Positions 52,053-61,068 of a DNA stretch of 64,000 bases are shown here, one piece after another. The notes beneath the pieces were generated by a model that was not told where the DNA came from, did no database searches, and saw only the letters and a list, made by a program, of their open reading frames with translations. The DNA is from a virus (taxonomy: Duplodnaviria; Caudoviricetes): positions 1 through 64,000 of the IMG/VR virus record IMGVR_UViG_2867134129_000001; one strand, given 5' to 3'. Position 1 is the first letter of the stretch; each line of letters starts with the position of its first letter. A program made the translations under genes and the position numbers.

Positions 52053-55000
52053 ATGGCCGAGCCGACACTTGTCGGATCGACCCGGGTATCGCTCATCCCG
52101 GACACGACCCAGTTCGGCGACCGGCTTCGCGTCGAGCTGCCCTCCGCGATCCGCCAGCCCGCCAAGCTCGCCGGGGAAGTCGCCGGCGACCAGATCCTCG
52201 ACGGGATCCGCCGGAAGCTCGCCGCAGCCACCCCCACCGTGCGGGTCGGCGTCGACCTCCTGCCAACGGTCGCCGAGGCCAAGCTCACCAAGCTCACCAA
52301 GGCCCGCACGATCAAGCTCACAGCGGAAGTCGACGAGAAGGCCGCAACCACCGCCCTGGCCCGGCTCACCCGCGACCGCACGGTGAAGGTCCGGGCCGAG
52401 CTGGACGACACCGCAGCCCGCACCGGGCTGGGCAGGCTCACGGACCAGCGCACCGTCAAGGTCACCGCTCAACTCGATGACACCGCGGCGAAGACGGCTC
52501 TCAGGAAGCTGAACGCCGACCGCACCGTGAAGATCACAGCGCAGGTCGACGACACCGCGGCCAAGACGAAGCTCGCCGGGTTCGGGCAGACCACCGTCGA
52601 CATCGTCGCCAAGATCAACGATGCGGCATACAAGCGGGTCGAGAAGGCCCTCGACAAGCTCACCGCCGACCGCTTCGTACAGCTCCGCGCCACCCTCGAC
52701 ACCCGCGTTGCCGCCAACGAACTCCGCGGCCTCACCCAACGCCAGCGGGTCCGCATCGGTGTCGACGTTGACACCCGGGTCGCCGCCGACGACATCAACA
52801 ACCTCACCCGCAGGCGCACCGTCCGCGTCGCAGCCCGAGCCGACACCACCGCGGCGAACACCGCCCTCAATCATGTGGCACGCGACCGAACCGTCAACAT
52901 CCGCACCCGCCTTTCCGGACTCGCCGGAATCACCTCGGCGCTCGGAAGTTTCGGTGGCAGCGGCGGCAGCGCATCCGCCCAGGCCGGGCTTCTCTCCGGC
53001 CGGATAGCGAAGATTGCTGCCGCCGCGCTCCTGGCTACACCGCAGCTGTCGGCGATGGGCTCGGCAATCGGGCAGCTCGGCCCGCTCGCCGCCGTTGCAG
53101 CACCCGGCATCCTCACCCTCGTTTCCGCGTTCGCCGCGATCAAGCTCGGCACCTCGGGGGTCGGCGACGCCATCAAGGCAGCCTTCACCCCGGCACCGGC
53201 GGAAGCGAAGGCGGCGGTGACCGCTGCGCGGCAGGTGGAGTCGGCGCAGCGGTCCCTCGCCAACGCCCACCGGGGTGTCGCCGATGCCGAACGGAACCTG
53301 TCCCAAGCTCAGCGGACCGCCCGCCAAGCGCAGCAGGAGCTGTCCGCCGCCCGACGCCAGGCCATCCGCGACCTGGAGGACATGAACCAGCGCCTCCGCC
53401 AAGGCGCCCTCGACCAGAAGCAAGCCGCGCTTGACATCGAGCAGGCCGAACTCGACCTCGCCAAGATCCGTTCCGACCCGACCGCCACCCAGCTCCAGAT
53501 CCAGCAGGCAGACCTTGCCGTACAGCGGGCGCGAGCAGCAGCCGACGAGCAGGCCCGGCAGCACAAGCGCCAGCAGGTCGAAACCGCAGCAGCGAACAAG
53601 GCAGGGGTCGCCGGATCCGACGCGGTCGTGCAGGCACAGGAACGCATCCGGGCGGCAAGCGAGCAAGTCGCCGACCAGGAACGCGGCCTCGCCGACGCCC
53701 ACCGAGCGGTCGCCGACGCGGCCCGTGCCGTGGCGGACGCCCAGACGAACGCTGCCACGCAGACCACGAAGCTCAACGACGCCATCAGCAAGCTGTCACC
53801 GAACGCCCGCGGCTTCGTCGGCATCCTTCAGGAGATGGCACCCGCGTGGCGGGCCATGAAACTGGACGTCCAGGACAGCCTGTTCGCCGGGCTCGGCACC
53901 CGCCTCCAGGAGGTCGGTAGCCGCATCCTGCCCACCGTCCGGGCCGGTTTCGTCGGGGCCGCCATCGAGCTCAACGCCATGGCGAAGAGCGCCCTTACCG
54001 CGGTCGACACCTTGGAGCGGACCGGGCAGCTGAAGGGCACCTTTGACGTCATCCGTGACGGGCTCGGGACCCTTGTACAGGTCCCGGGCCAGATCGTCAC
54101 AGGCCTGTCCCAGCTCACCATCGCCGCCGGTCCCGCCTGGTACCGCATCACGGCCGGTGCGGGCGACGCCATGGACCGGGTCATGGGCCGGCTCGCCACC
54201 AGCCTGGAGAACGGGCGCCTCGAAGAGGCCATCAACACCGCCCTCGACGTCGCGGTCAGCTTTGGTGGGGTGCTGGCGGACCTTGGCGGCATCATCAAGA
54301 ACGTCTTCGGGGCCGCCGCCGACGGGGGTGGCGACTTCTTCGCCATCATCGGATCCGCCCTGGCAGAGATCCGCCGGGTCACCGCCCTGCCTGAGGTGCA
54401 AGCCTCACTGAAGGCGATCTTCTCCGCCGTTCAGGCAGTGGCCGGCCTCCTTGCTGGGGCACTCGGCGACGCCATACAGGCAGTCCTGCCGGTCCTCGCC
54501 GCCCTGGCGCCCTCGGTGACGCAGGTTGCGAAGCTTCTCGGTCCCGCCGTCTCCGACCTGTTCGCAACACTGGGGGAGGCGCTCCTCCCTGTCGCGGAGG
54601 CCCTGGGCCCGGTGCTGATGGTGGCCGCCCAAGCGATCATCGCCCTAGTCAAGGCCGTGTCGCCACTCCTCCCAGTTCTCGGCCAGCTGATCGCCGACCT
54701 CCTGCCACTGGTCATACCGATCTTCGACACGCTGATCATCGTCTTCAACCAGTTGGCCCCGGTCATCGCCCAGATCGCCGGGATCCTCGGCCCGGTCCTC
54801 AGCCCCATCATCAAGGGCCTGTCCGCCGTCATAGCCGAGCTGGCCGGGCAGTACGCGGCGGCGTTCATGCGGGTCCTGCAGCAGCTGCTGCCGATCATCC
54901 CGATGCTCGTGCCGCCGCTCATGCAGCTCGGGAAGAGCATCGGAGACATCCTCCTCGCCCTGGCCCCGCTGCTGCCGCAGTTGGCGCTACTGGGCACCGA

Positions 55001-57917
55001 GTTCCTGATCCAGCTGCTGCCCGCGATTATGCCGTTGCTGCCGCCGCTGATCCAGTTCTCCATGCTGATGACCCAGTTGGCCACGGCGATCATCTTGCGG
55101 GTTGTCATCCCGGCGCTGAAGCTGTTCATCAAGTCGATGACGGATCTCCGCAAGGACATCCAGCCCGGCGTCGACGCCGTGAAGTGGCTGACCAACGCCA
55201 TCGCCAAGGCCTTCCGGTGGCTGTACGACGTCCTCCTCGGACACAGCATCATCCCGGACATCGTCAACGGGGCGATCCGCTGGTTCACCAGCCTCCGCGA
55301 CCGGGCTGTCGTGATCTTCAACTGGATCAAGGACAAGGTATCCGGGGCCTGGAGCAGCCTCTGGACGAACGTCAAGTCCACCGCGACTGACGCCTGGGGT
55401 TCCGTCCGCCGCGGCTTCAGCAACTTCGCCGAGAAGCTGTCCGGCGCGTTCGAGACCCTGAAGAAGGGCCTCGGGAAGATCTGGGCCGGCCTGAAGGACT
55501 TGGTGAAGGCCCCGATCAAGTTCTGGATCGACGTCGTCTACAACAAGGGCATCGTCGCCGTCTGGAACAAGACCGCCGCTAAAATCCCCGGGGTCCCCGA
55601 CCTCAAGCCCATGGGCATGCCTAAGGGTTTCGCCCGCGGCGGGATCCTCCCCGGCCAGTCATCGTGGCGGCAGGGCGACGACCAGCTTGTCCCCATGCGC
55701 CGCGGCGAGGGCGTGTACGTCTCCGAGGCTATGCAGGACCCGTATGAGCGGGCTCGGCTCCACGCTGTGAACCAGGCCGCCATGCGCGGCCAGTCCCTCC
55801 GAGCCTTCCGCGGCTTCGCTGAGGGCGGCATCTTCGACGGCATTACCAGCGCCGTCGGCAGCGTCCTCTCCAAGGGCGCCGACGTCGCCCGGGGCGGACT
55901 CGCCGACCTTGCCGAATCGGCGTTCTCCCCGGTCAAGAAGGGCATCACGAAAGCCCTTGGGAAGAACAAGGGCACCTGGCCCGGCATGATCGGGCAGGCA
56001 CCCATCGGGCTCATCAACAAGGCCATCGACTACATCCGCGGCAAGGACATCGTCGAGGGCACCGGCCAGTGGCTCAAGCCCGTGTCCGCTTCCTACGGCA
56101 CCCCGTTCGGCAAGGCCGGGCTCATGTGGTCCAGCGGCCGGCACACAGGCCTGGACTTCCCCGCGAAGACCGGCACGCCGATCCGGGCGGTCGACTCCGG
56201 CATCGTCCGCCAGGCCATCGACTCGGGGCCCTACGGCAAGCACATCGAGATCAACCACGGCAGCGGCCTGTCCTCCCTGTACGCGCACATGTCGGCGATG
56301 CTCTCGAAGGCGTCGGACACGGTGAAGCGCGGCCAGCAGATCGGCCGCGTCGGAGCCACCGGCAACACCACCGGCCCCCACCTCCACCTCGAAGCACGCA
56401 TCAACGGCAAGACCATCGACCCGATGCGGTACCTCGAAGGGGGCACCGGCGGGGACGCCGGTGCTGGCGTCGAGCGGTTCCGGGGTGTCGTCACTCAGGC
56501 CCTCGGGCAGGTCGGCCAGTCTCTGTCCCTGGTGAACACGACGCTCCGCCGGATGAACCAGGAGAGTGGCGGTAACCCCAAGGCCGTCAACCGCAACGAC
56601 ATCAACTGGATCAACGGCACCCCGTCCGTCGGGCTGATGCAGGTCATCCGGCCCACGTTCGACGCCTACGCCGGGAAGTACCGCGAGACCGGGCCCAAGC
56701 TCTACGGGGTGTCCGTGGACCCGATGGCAAACATCTACGCCTCCATGCGATACGCCCTCAGCCGTTACGGCTCGCTGTCGGCGGCGTACAACCGGATCGG
56801 AGGCTACGCCCAAGGCGGCATCGTCGGCGGCGGGGTTCAGATCAACACCGGGTTCCGCCGCAGCACCGGCTATGCCACCGGCGGCGTCATCCGGGTTGGC
56901 GGGAAGAATATCGACACCGGGCCCATAGCAGCCAGCGTCGGGGCGAACTTCCTGAAGGCCCTGGCCGGGACGGCGTCCGCGATCGACAAGGCCATGACCC
57001 AGGTCGCCACCGCCGTGAAGAACGCGTTCAAGGGCGTCAAGACCACTCTCGACGACAAGCTGATACGACAGCTCACCACACAGAACAAGGCACTCCAGAC
57101 CCTGGCGAAGCAGCGAGGCATGATCGCCGCGAAGATCGCCCAGGCCAAGGCGTTCGCCACTGAGACGACCGCCAACGCGAGCGGCTTCGCGTCTCTGACC
57201 GGTCTGCCAAACAGTGGGCTGCCTTTCGGTGCGGACGGAATCCTCAACGGGCTCCAGGTTCGCCTCGGTCAGCTCCAGGCGTTCTCGAAGAACCTGGAGA
57301 TCCTGGGCAAGCGCGGCCTGTCCAAGGACCTGATCGGGCAGATCATCCAAGCAGGCCCGGACCAGGGCGCACCCTACGCCGCAGCGTTGGTGAAGGCGAC
57401 CGACGCCCAGCTCAAGAGCATCAACGCCACCCAGGTCCAGATCGGGAAGGCTGCCACCGCCTACGGGCAGTCTGCCGCTGACGTCATGTACGACGCCGGG
57501 GCCATGTCCGGCAAGGGGTTCCTGACCGGCCTGGTCGCCCAAGAAAAATCGATCATCAAGGCTCTTGCTGACCTGGCGAAGAAGATCCAGAAGACCCTGC
57601 GGGTCGAGCTGAAAATTTTCAGCCCGTCGAAGGTCGCCGACCAGTTGGGCCGGTTCTTCGGCGGCGGCTTCGAGGGCGGTATCCGGGCCAGCATCCCCGG
57701 GGCAGCCGACGCGGCGGCAGCCATGGCCCGCACCGTCCGCTCGTCTGCGGCGGCCACCATGTCACGCACCGAAACCCGCACCGTCAACAACACCAGCGGA
57801 GACCGGGTCCTCAACTACAACGCCCGCGTCACCGAGGTCGCCTCGAAGCGAAGCATCCTCGACGCCCTCGCCGCTGACGAAATGCTCCACGCCCCCGTCA
57901 TGAGCGGAGCCGGCTGA
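52053..57917 (+). CDS. Tape measure protein with M23 peptidase and lytic transglycosylase domains
   Basis: About 1950 aa, Ala/Leu repeats; HTGLD..YAH..HLH (M23); QESGGNP..GLMQV (SLT); GGAGGG RBS at 52053. Confidence 0.93.
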   Translation: MAEPTLVGSTRVSLIPDTTQFGDRLRVELPSAIRQPAKLAGEVAGDQILDGIRRKLAAATPTVRVGVDLLPTVAEAKLTKLTKARTIKLTAEVDEKAATTALARLTRDRTVKVRAELDDTAARTGLGRLTDQRTVKVTAQLDDTAAKTALRKLNADRTVKITAQVDDTAAKTKLAGFGQTTVDIVAKINDAAYKRVEKALDKLTADRFVQLRATLDTRVAANELRGLTQRQRVRIGVDVDTRVAADDINNLTRRRTVRVAARADTTAANTALNHVARDRTVNIRTRLSGLAGITSALGSFGGSGGSASAQAGLLSGRIAKIAAAALLATPQLSAMGSAIGQLGPLAAVAAPGILTLVSAFAAIKLGTSGVGDAIKAAFTPAPAEAKAAVTAARQVESAQRSLANAHRGVADAERNLSQAQRTARQAQQELSAARRQAIRDLEDMNQRLRQGALDQKQAALDIEQAELDLAKIRSDPTATQLQIQQADLAVQRARAAADEQARQHKRQQVETAAANKAGVAGSDAVVQAQERIRAASEQVADQERGLADAHRAVADAARAVADAQTNAATQTTKLNDAISKLSPNARGFVGILQEMAPAWRAMKLDVQDSLFAGLGTRLQEVGSRILPTVRAGFVGAAIELNAMAKSALTAVDTLERTGQLKGTFDVIRDGLGTLVQVPGQIVTGLSQLTIAAGPAWYRITAGAGDAMDRVMGRLATSLENGRLEEAINTALDVAVSFGGVLADLGGIIKNVFGAAADGGGDFFAIIGSALAEIRRVTALPEVQASLKAIFSAVQAVAGLLAGALGDAIQAVLPVLAALAPSVTQVAKLLGPAVSDLFATLGEALLPVAEALGPVLMVAAQAIIALVKAVSPLLPVLGQLIADLLPLVIPIFDTLIIVFNQLAPVIAQIAGILGPVLSPIIKGLSAVIAELAGQYAAAFMRVLQQLLPIIPMLVPPLMQLGKSIGDILLALAPLLPQLALLGTEFLIQLLPAIMPLLPPLIQFSMLMTQLATAIILRVVIPALKLFIKSMTDLRKDIQPGVDAVKWLTNAIAKAFRWLYDVLLGHSIIPDIVNGAIRWFTSLRDRAVVIFNWIKDKVSGAWSSLWTNVKSTATDAWGSVRRGFSNFAEKLSGAFETLKKGLGKIWAGLKDLVKAPIKFWIDVVYNKGIVAVWNKTAAKIPGVPDLKPMGMPKGFARGGILPGQSSWRQGDDQLVPMRRGEGVYVSEAMQDPYERARLHAVNQAAMRGQSLRAFRGFAEGGIFDGITSAVGSVLSKGADVARGGLADLAESAFSPVKKGITKALGKNKGTWPGMIGQAPIGLINKAIDYIRGKDIVEGTGQWLKPVSASYGTPFGKAGLMWSSGRHTGLDFPAKTGTPIRAVDSGIVRQAIDSGPYGKHIEINHGSGLSSLYAHMSAMLSKASDTVKRGQQIGRVGATGNTTGPHLHLEARINGKTIDPMRYLEGGTGGDAGAGVERFRGVVTQALGQVGQSLSLVNTTLRRMNQESGGNPKAVNRNDINWINGTPSVGLMQVIRPTFDAYAGKYRETGPKLYGVSVDPMANIYASMRYALSRYGSLSAAYNRIGGYAQGGIVGGGVQINTGFRRSTGYATGGVIRVGGKNIDTGPIAASVGANFLKALAGTASAIDKAMTQVATAVKNAFKGVKTTLDDKLIRQLTTQNKALQTLAKQRGMIAAKIAQAKAFATETTANASGFASLTGLPNSGLPFGADGILNGLQVRLGQLQAFSKNLEILGKRGLSKDLIGQIIQAGPDQGAPYAAALVKATDAQLKSINATQVQIGKAATAYGQSAADVMYDAGAMSGKGFLTGLVAQEKSIIKALADLAKKIQKTLRVELKIFSPSKVADQLGRFFGGGFEGGIRASIPGAADAAAAMARTVRSSAAATMSRTETRTVNNTSGDRVLNYNARVTEVASKRSILDALAADEMLHAPVMSGAG

Positions 57918-58852
57918 TGCCGATCCTCGTAGCCTCAGCCCCAGTAGAGCCGCAGCCGCCGTGGGAGTGGCCGCAACGCCTTGTCGAAATGCCCCTGGTG
58001 TCCTTCACGGACCCGGGTGGTGTGACGACGCTCCTCACCGACTGGGAGCGCGGCTGGGTAGTCCAGCATGGCGCCAAGGGCCTGGACATGCCTGGGTACG
58101 CCATGGCGACCGACGAGTCCCCCGGGATCGACGGGTACGAGGTGCGGCAGGTCCGCGCCGAAGGCAAGACGATCACCCTGCCGATCGCGTTCTGGGCCAA
58201 CGACTCCCGGGCCGCATACAAAGCCCGCCGTCGGGCGTTCATCCGCTCCCTCAACCCCAAGAGAGGCCAGGGGACCCTCACCCTTACCGAGCCCGACGGG
58301 GCGCAGCGCAGCATCGGTGTCCTCTACCAGGACGGGATGGAAGGGGACGAGTCCCGCGATGCCGCCGGCGCCCGCTGGTGCATCAGCGCCCTGGTGTTCG
58401 CCGTCCCGTCCCCGTACTGGTCCGGGGGAGAGGTAACCACCACCTGGAGGACGGACCCGGGCGGGGATTTCTTCCCGTTCCTGCCGCTCGTTGTCGGCGA
58501 CTCCCAGGTGCTCGGTGCGGTCACCGTCGACAACGACGGAGACGATGACGCCTTCCCCGTGTGGACCATCACCGGGCCGGCCACCACCGTCACCCTCACC
58601 AATGTGACGACCGGGCAGACCTTGGTCCTGGCCCGCACGATCACCGGCGTCGACACGATCGTCATCGACACCCGGGAACGGCAGCAGACCGCCCTGCTCA
58701 ACGGGATCACCAACCTGTGGCCGGACCTCTCCGACGACTCCGCCCTGTGGCCACTGGAGACCGGCATCAACGAACTCACCCTCACCGTCGCCGGATCCAC
58801 CACGGACACCTCAGTGCGGATGACGTACCAGCCCCGCTACCTGGCCGCCTGA
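57917..58852 (+). CDS. Distal tail (Dit) protein
   Basis: Follows the tape measure; GLDMP, NDGD..AFPVWTITGP, LWPLETGIN. Confidence 0.82.
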   Translation: MPILVASAPVEPQPPWEWPQRLVEMPLVSFTDPGGVTTLLTDWERGWVVQHGAKGLDMPGYAMATDESPGIDGYEVRQVRAEGKTITLPIAFWANDSRAAYKARRRAFIRSLNPKRGQGTLTLTEPDGAQRSIGVLYQDGMEGDESRDAAGARWCISALVFAVPSPYWSGGEVTTTWRTDPGGDFFPFLPLVVGDSQVLGAVTVDNDGDDDAFPVWTITGPATTVTLTNVTTGQTLVLARTITGVDTIVIDTRERQQTALLNGITNLWPDLSDDSALWPLETGINELTLTVAGSTTDTSVRMTYQPRYLAA

Positions 58853-58864
58853 GAGGAGGACCCC

Positions 58865-60034
58865 ATGAGCACCGCACTTCGCGTCTACGTCCGCAACCCC
58901 GCCCTGGAACGCATCGGGCAGATCGACGACTACACCAGCCTCACCGTCATCCCCCGCTACAACGCAATCGGGTCCTTCGTCCTGGAGATCTCCGCAGACT
59001 CAGGGAAGGCGAACTTGCTGGCCGAGGGCAACGGACTGATTATCCGTACCGCTGACGGCACACTCGTCGACTCTGGGCCGATCCGTACCGTCGACTGGTC
59101 CCGATCCAAGGACGACTCCGGCGCCGGCAAGCTCACTGTCGGCGGGGTGTCCGACACCGAGCTACTGGCCCGCTACACCTGCTGGCCCGCCCCGGGCAGC
59201 GCCATCGGGTCACAGGCGGACACGGTGTACAAGATCAGCGGCGCAGTCACCGAAACCGCCATGCGCACCCTCGTCAACGTCAATGCCGGTCCTGGGGCGC
59301 TGGCGTCCCGGAGGAACCCGCTGCTCACCCTCGCAGCGAACGGCCTGCACGGTCCGACCGTCACCAGGCAGCTCAACCAGTTCGAGGGTCTCCTCGCCGT
59401 CCTCACCGAGCTGGCCAACACGGCCGGGCTCGGTTTCCGCGTCGTCCAGGTGGGCTCAGGGCTGCAGTTTCAGGTGTACGAGCCCACCGACCGCAGCGGC
59501 ACCGCCCGGTTCGCTTTCCGGCGGGGGAACCTCACCGACGCCAGCTACACCACCACGCCACCCACCTGCACCCGGGCCCTCGTCGTCGCCGGCGGGCAGT
59601 CCACGCCGCGGGCCTGTAAAACCGTCGACCGGGCCGACCCCCTGTTCCCCGGGCTGGTCATCGAGCAGTTCGTCGACCTCACCTCCGTCGACACCGCGTC
59701 CGTCGACCTGGTGGCACAGATGGACCAGGCCGCCGAGGAAGCCCTCACGTCGGGGGCCGGGCAAGGCTCGCTGTCGATCAGTCCGATCGATATTCCGCAG
59801 CTCCGCTACGGGCGGGACTACCAGGTCGGCGACACCGTGTCCGCGATGGTCCGCGAATCGTGGATGACCGACGTCGTCCGCGAGGTCACCCTCACCTGCA
59901 CCGCCGGTGACGGCACCACCGTGAAAGCTGCCGTCGGGTCGAGCGACGGCGACGGCACCGTGGCCCGCATCTACAAGTACCTCGCCCAGGTCAAGAAGGA
60001 CGTTGGGCGCCTGAAGACAAGGAAGGCCGCCTGA
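58865..60034 (+). CDS. Minor tail / baseplate hub (ReqiPepy6 Gp37-like)
   Basis: IPRYNAIGSFVL, EQFVD, YGRDYQVGDTVS. Confidence 0.82.
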   Translation: MSTALRVYVRNPALERIGQIDDYTSLTVIPRYNAIGSFVLEISADSGKANLLAEGNGLIIRTADGTLVDSGPIRTVDWSRSKDDSGAGKLTVGGVSDTELLARYTCWPAPGSAIGSQADTVYKISGAVTETAMRTLVNVNAGPGALASRRNPLLTLAANGLHGPTVTRQLNQFEGLLAVLTELANTAGLGFRVVQVGSGLQFQVYEPTDRSGTARFAFRRGNLTDASYTTTPPTCTRALVVAGGQSTPRACKTVDRADPLFPGLVIEQFVDLTSVDTASVDLVAQMDQAAEEALTSGAGQGSLSISPIDIPQLRYGRDYQVGDTVSAMVRESWMTDVVREVTLTCTAGDGTTVKAAVGSSDGDGTVARIYKYLAQVKKDVGRLKTRKAA

Positions 60035-61047
60035 TGGCCGAGTTCAGCGCACCGTTCGACGGCTCTCCGATCGCCACGCAGTCCCAGTGGTCCCGCATGG
60101 CCCGCCGGTGGGGGCTCGACGGTGTTCACGCCTCCGACCCCGCTGACGCGGCACTGAAGGTCACCGGAAACGGCAGCGGCAACGTCACCCTGTCCGCCGG
60201 CGAGGCGTTCGTGAACGGGTTCTACTACAAGAACGACGCTACGAAGACCATCGCCATCACCGCGAACGGCGGAGCCGCAGCCCGAATCGACATGGTCGTT
60301 CTCCGGGCAAGCATGAGCGCGAAAACCGTCACCGCCGTGTACAAGACCGGCGGCACCAGCGCCCCGACCCTCTCCGCCGACGAGAGCGGCGAATATGAGA
60401 TGCCGCTCGCTCAGTGCACGATCGCCGCCGGATCCTCCGTCGTTACTGCAGTGAATGTTGCGGACCGCCGGTGGTTTACCGACCGTGGCGCAATGCCTAG
60501 CCTCCCCGGTACGCGCAGGCCCAGCATCACAGGCCAGCTCCTAGTAGAGGGGTCCACCCTGTATGTGGGCGACGGAATCGGGTGGCAGTGGTTGGCGTCA
60601 CCAGGGATTGAGGATGGGACCTACACCCCTCAGTGGTCGTCTGGTTCCGCGAACTTCCACTGGGGAACTGCGGCCACCAATATCGGCCGGTACATCGTCC
60701 GTGGTAAGCGCGTCGATCTGCTCATTCATGTTGTGGCGACAGCGAACCCCCCGGCCTACAGCGACCCAATCATGGTGTCACTGCCCCCGGGATTTCCTGC
60801 TGCAGTTGCGCACCGGTCGATTCTCAACTGGACGTACACCAGCGCCAACGAGGAGGGCGGCGGGATCGGGAGCGCCGTCATCTACCCCACATCGTCCACA
60901 ACGAAAATTGCCCGTCTGCGGTACGCAATGAGTAACAGCGTGTCCAGCACAGGCGTCCCCAACGCGTTCTCCGTATACACGAACAAGCCGTGGAACATCC
61001 GTGCCGGAGACATTCTGACCATCGACGGCTCCTACTGGCTGGCCTGA
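60034..61047 (+). CDS. Minor tail protein (baseplate upper / fibre)
   Basis: PFD..QWSRM, GEAFVNGFYY, RIDMVVLR, YEMPLAQ, DRRWF; variable C-terminal domain. Confidence 0.75.
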   Translation: MAEFSAPFDGSPIATQSQWSRMARRWGLDGVHASDPADAALKVTGNGSGNVTLSAGEAFVNGFYYKNDATKTIAITANGGAAARIDMVVLRASMSAKTVTAVYKTGGTSAPTLSADESGEYEMPLAQCTIAAGSSVVTAVNVADRRWFTDRGAMPSLPGTRRPSITGQLLVEGSTLYVGDGIGWQWLASPGIEDGTYTPQWSSGSANFHWGTAATNIGRYIVRGKRVDLLIHVVATANPPAYSDPIMVSLPPGFPAAVAHRSILNWTYTSANEEGGGIGSAVIYPTSSTTKIARLRYAMSNSVSSTGVPNAFSVYTNKPWNIRAGDILTIDGSYWLA

Positions 61048-61068
61048 CCCCGAGTAAAGGAATTCATC

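Noticed and set aside
51981-57542. Several long - strand ORFs (573, 362 and 627 aa)
   Set aside because: Antisense shadows of the tape measure gene
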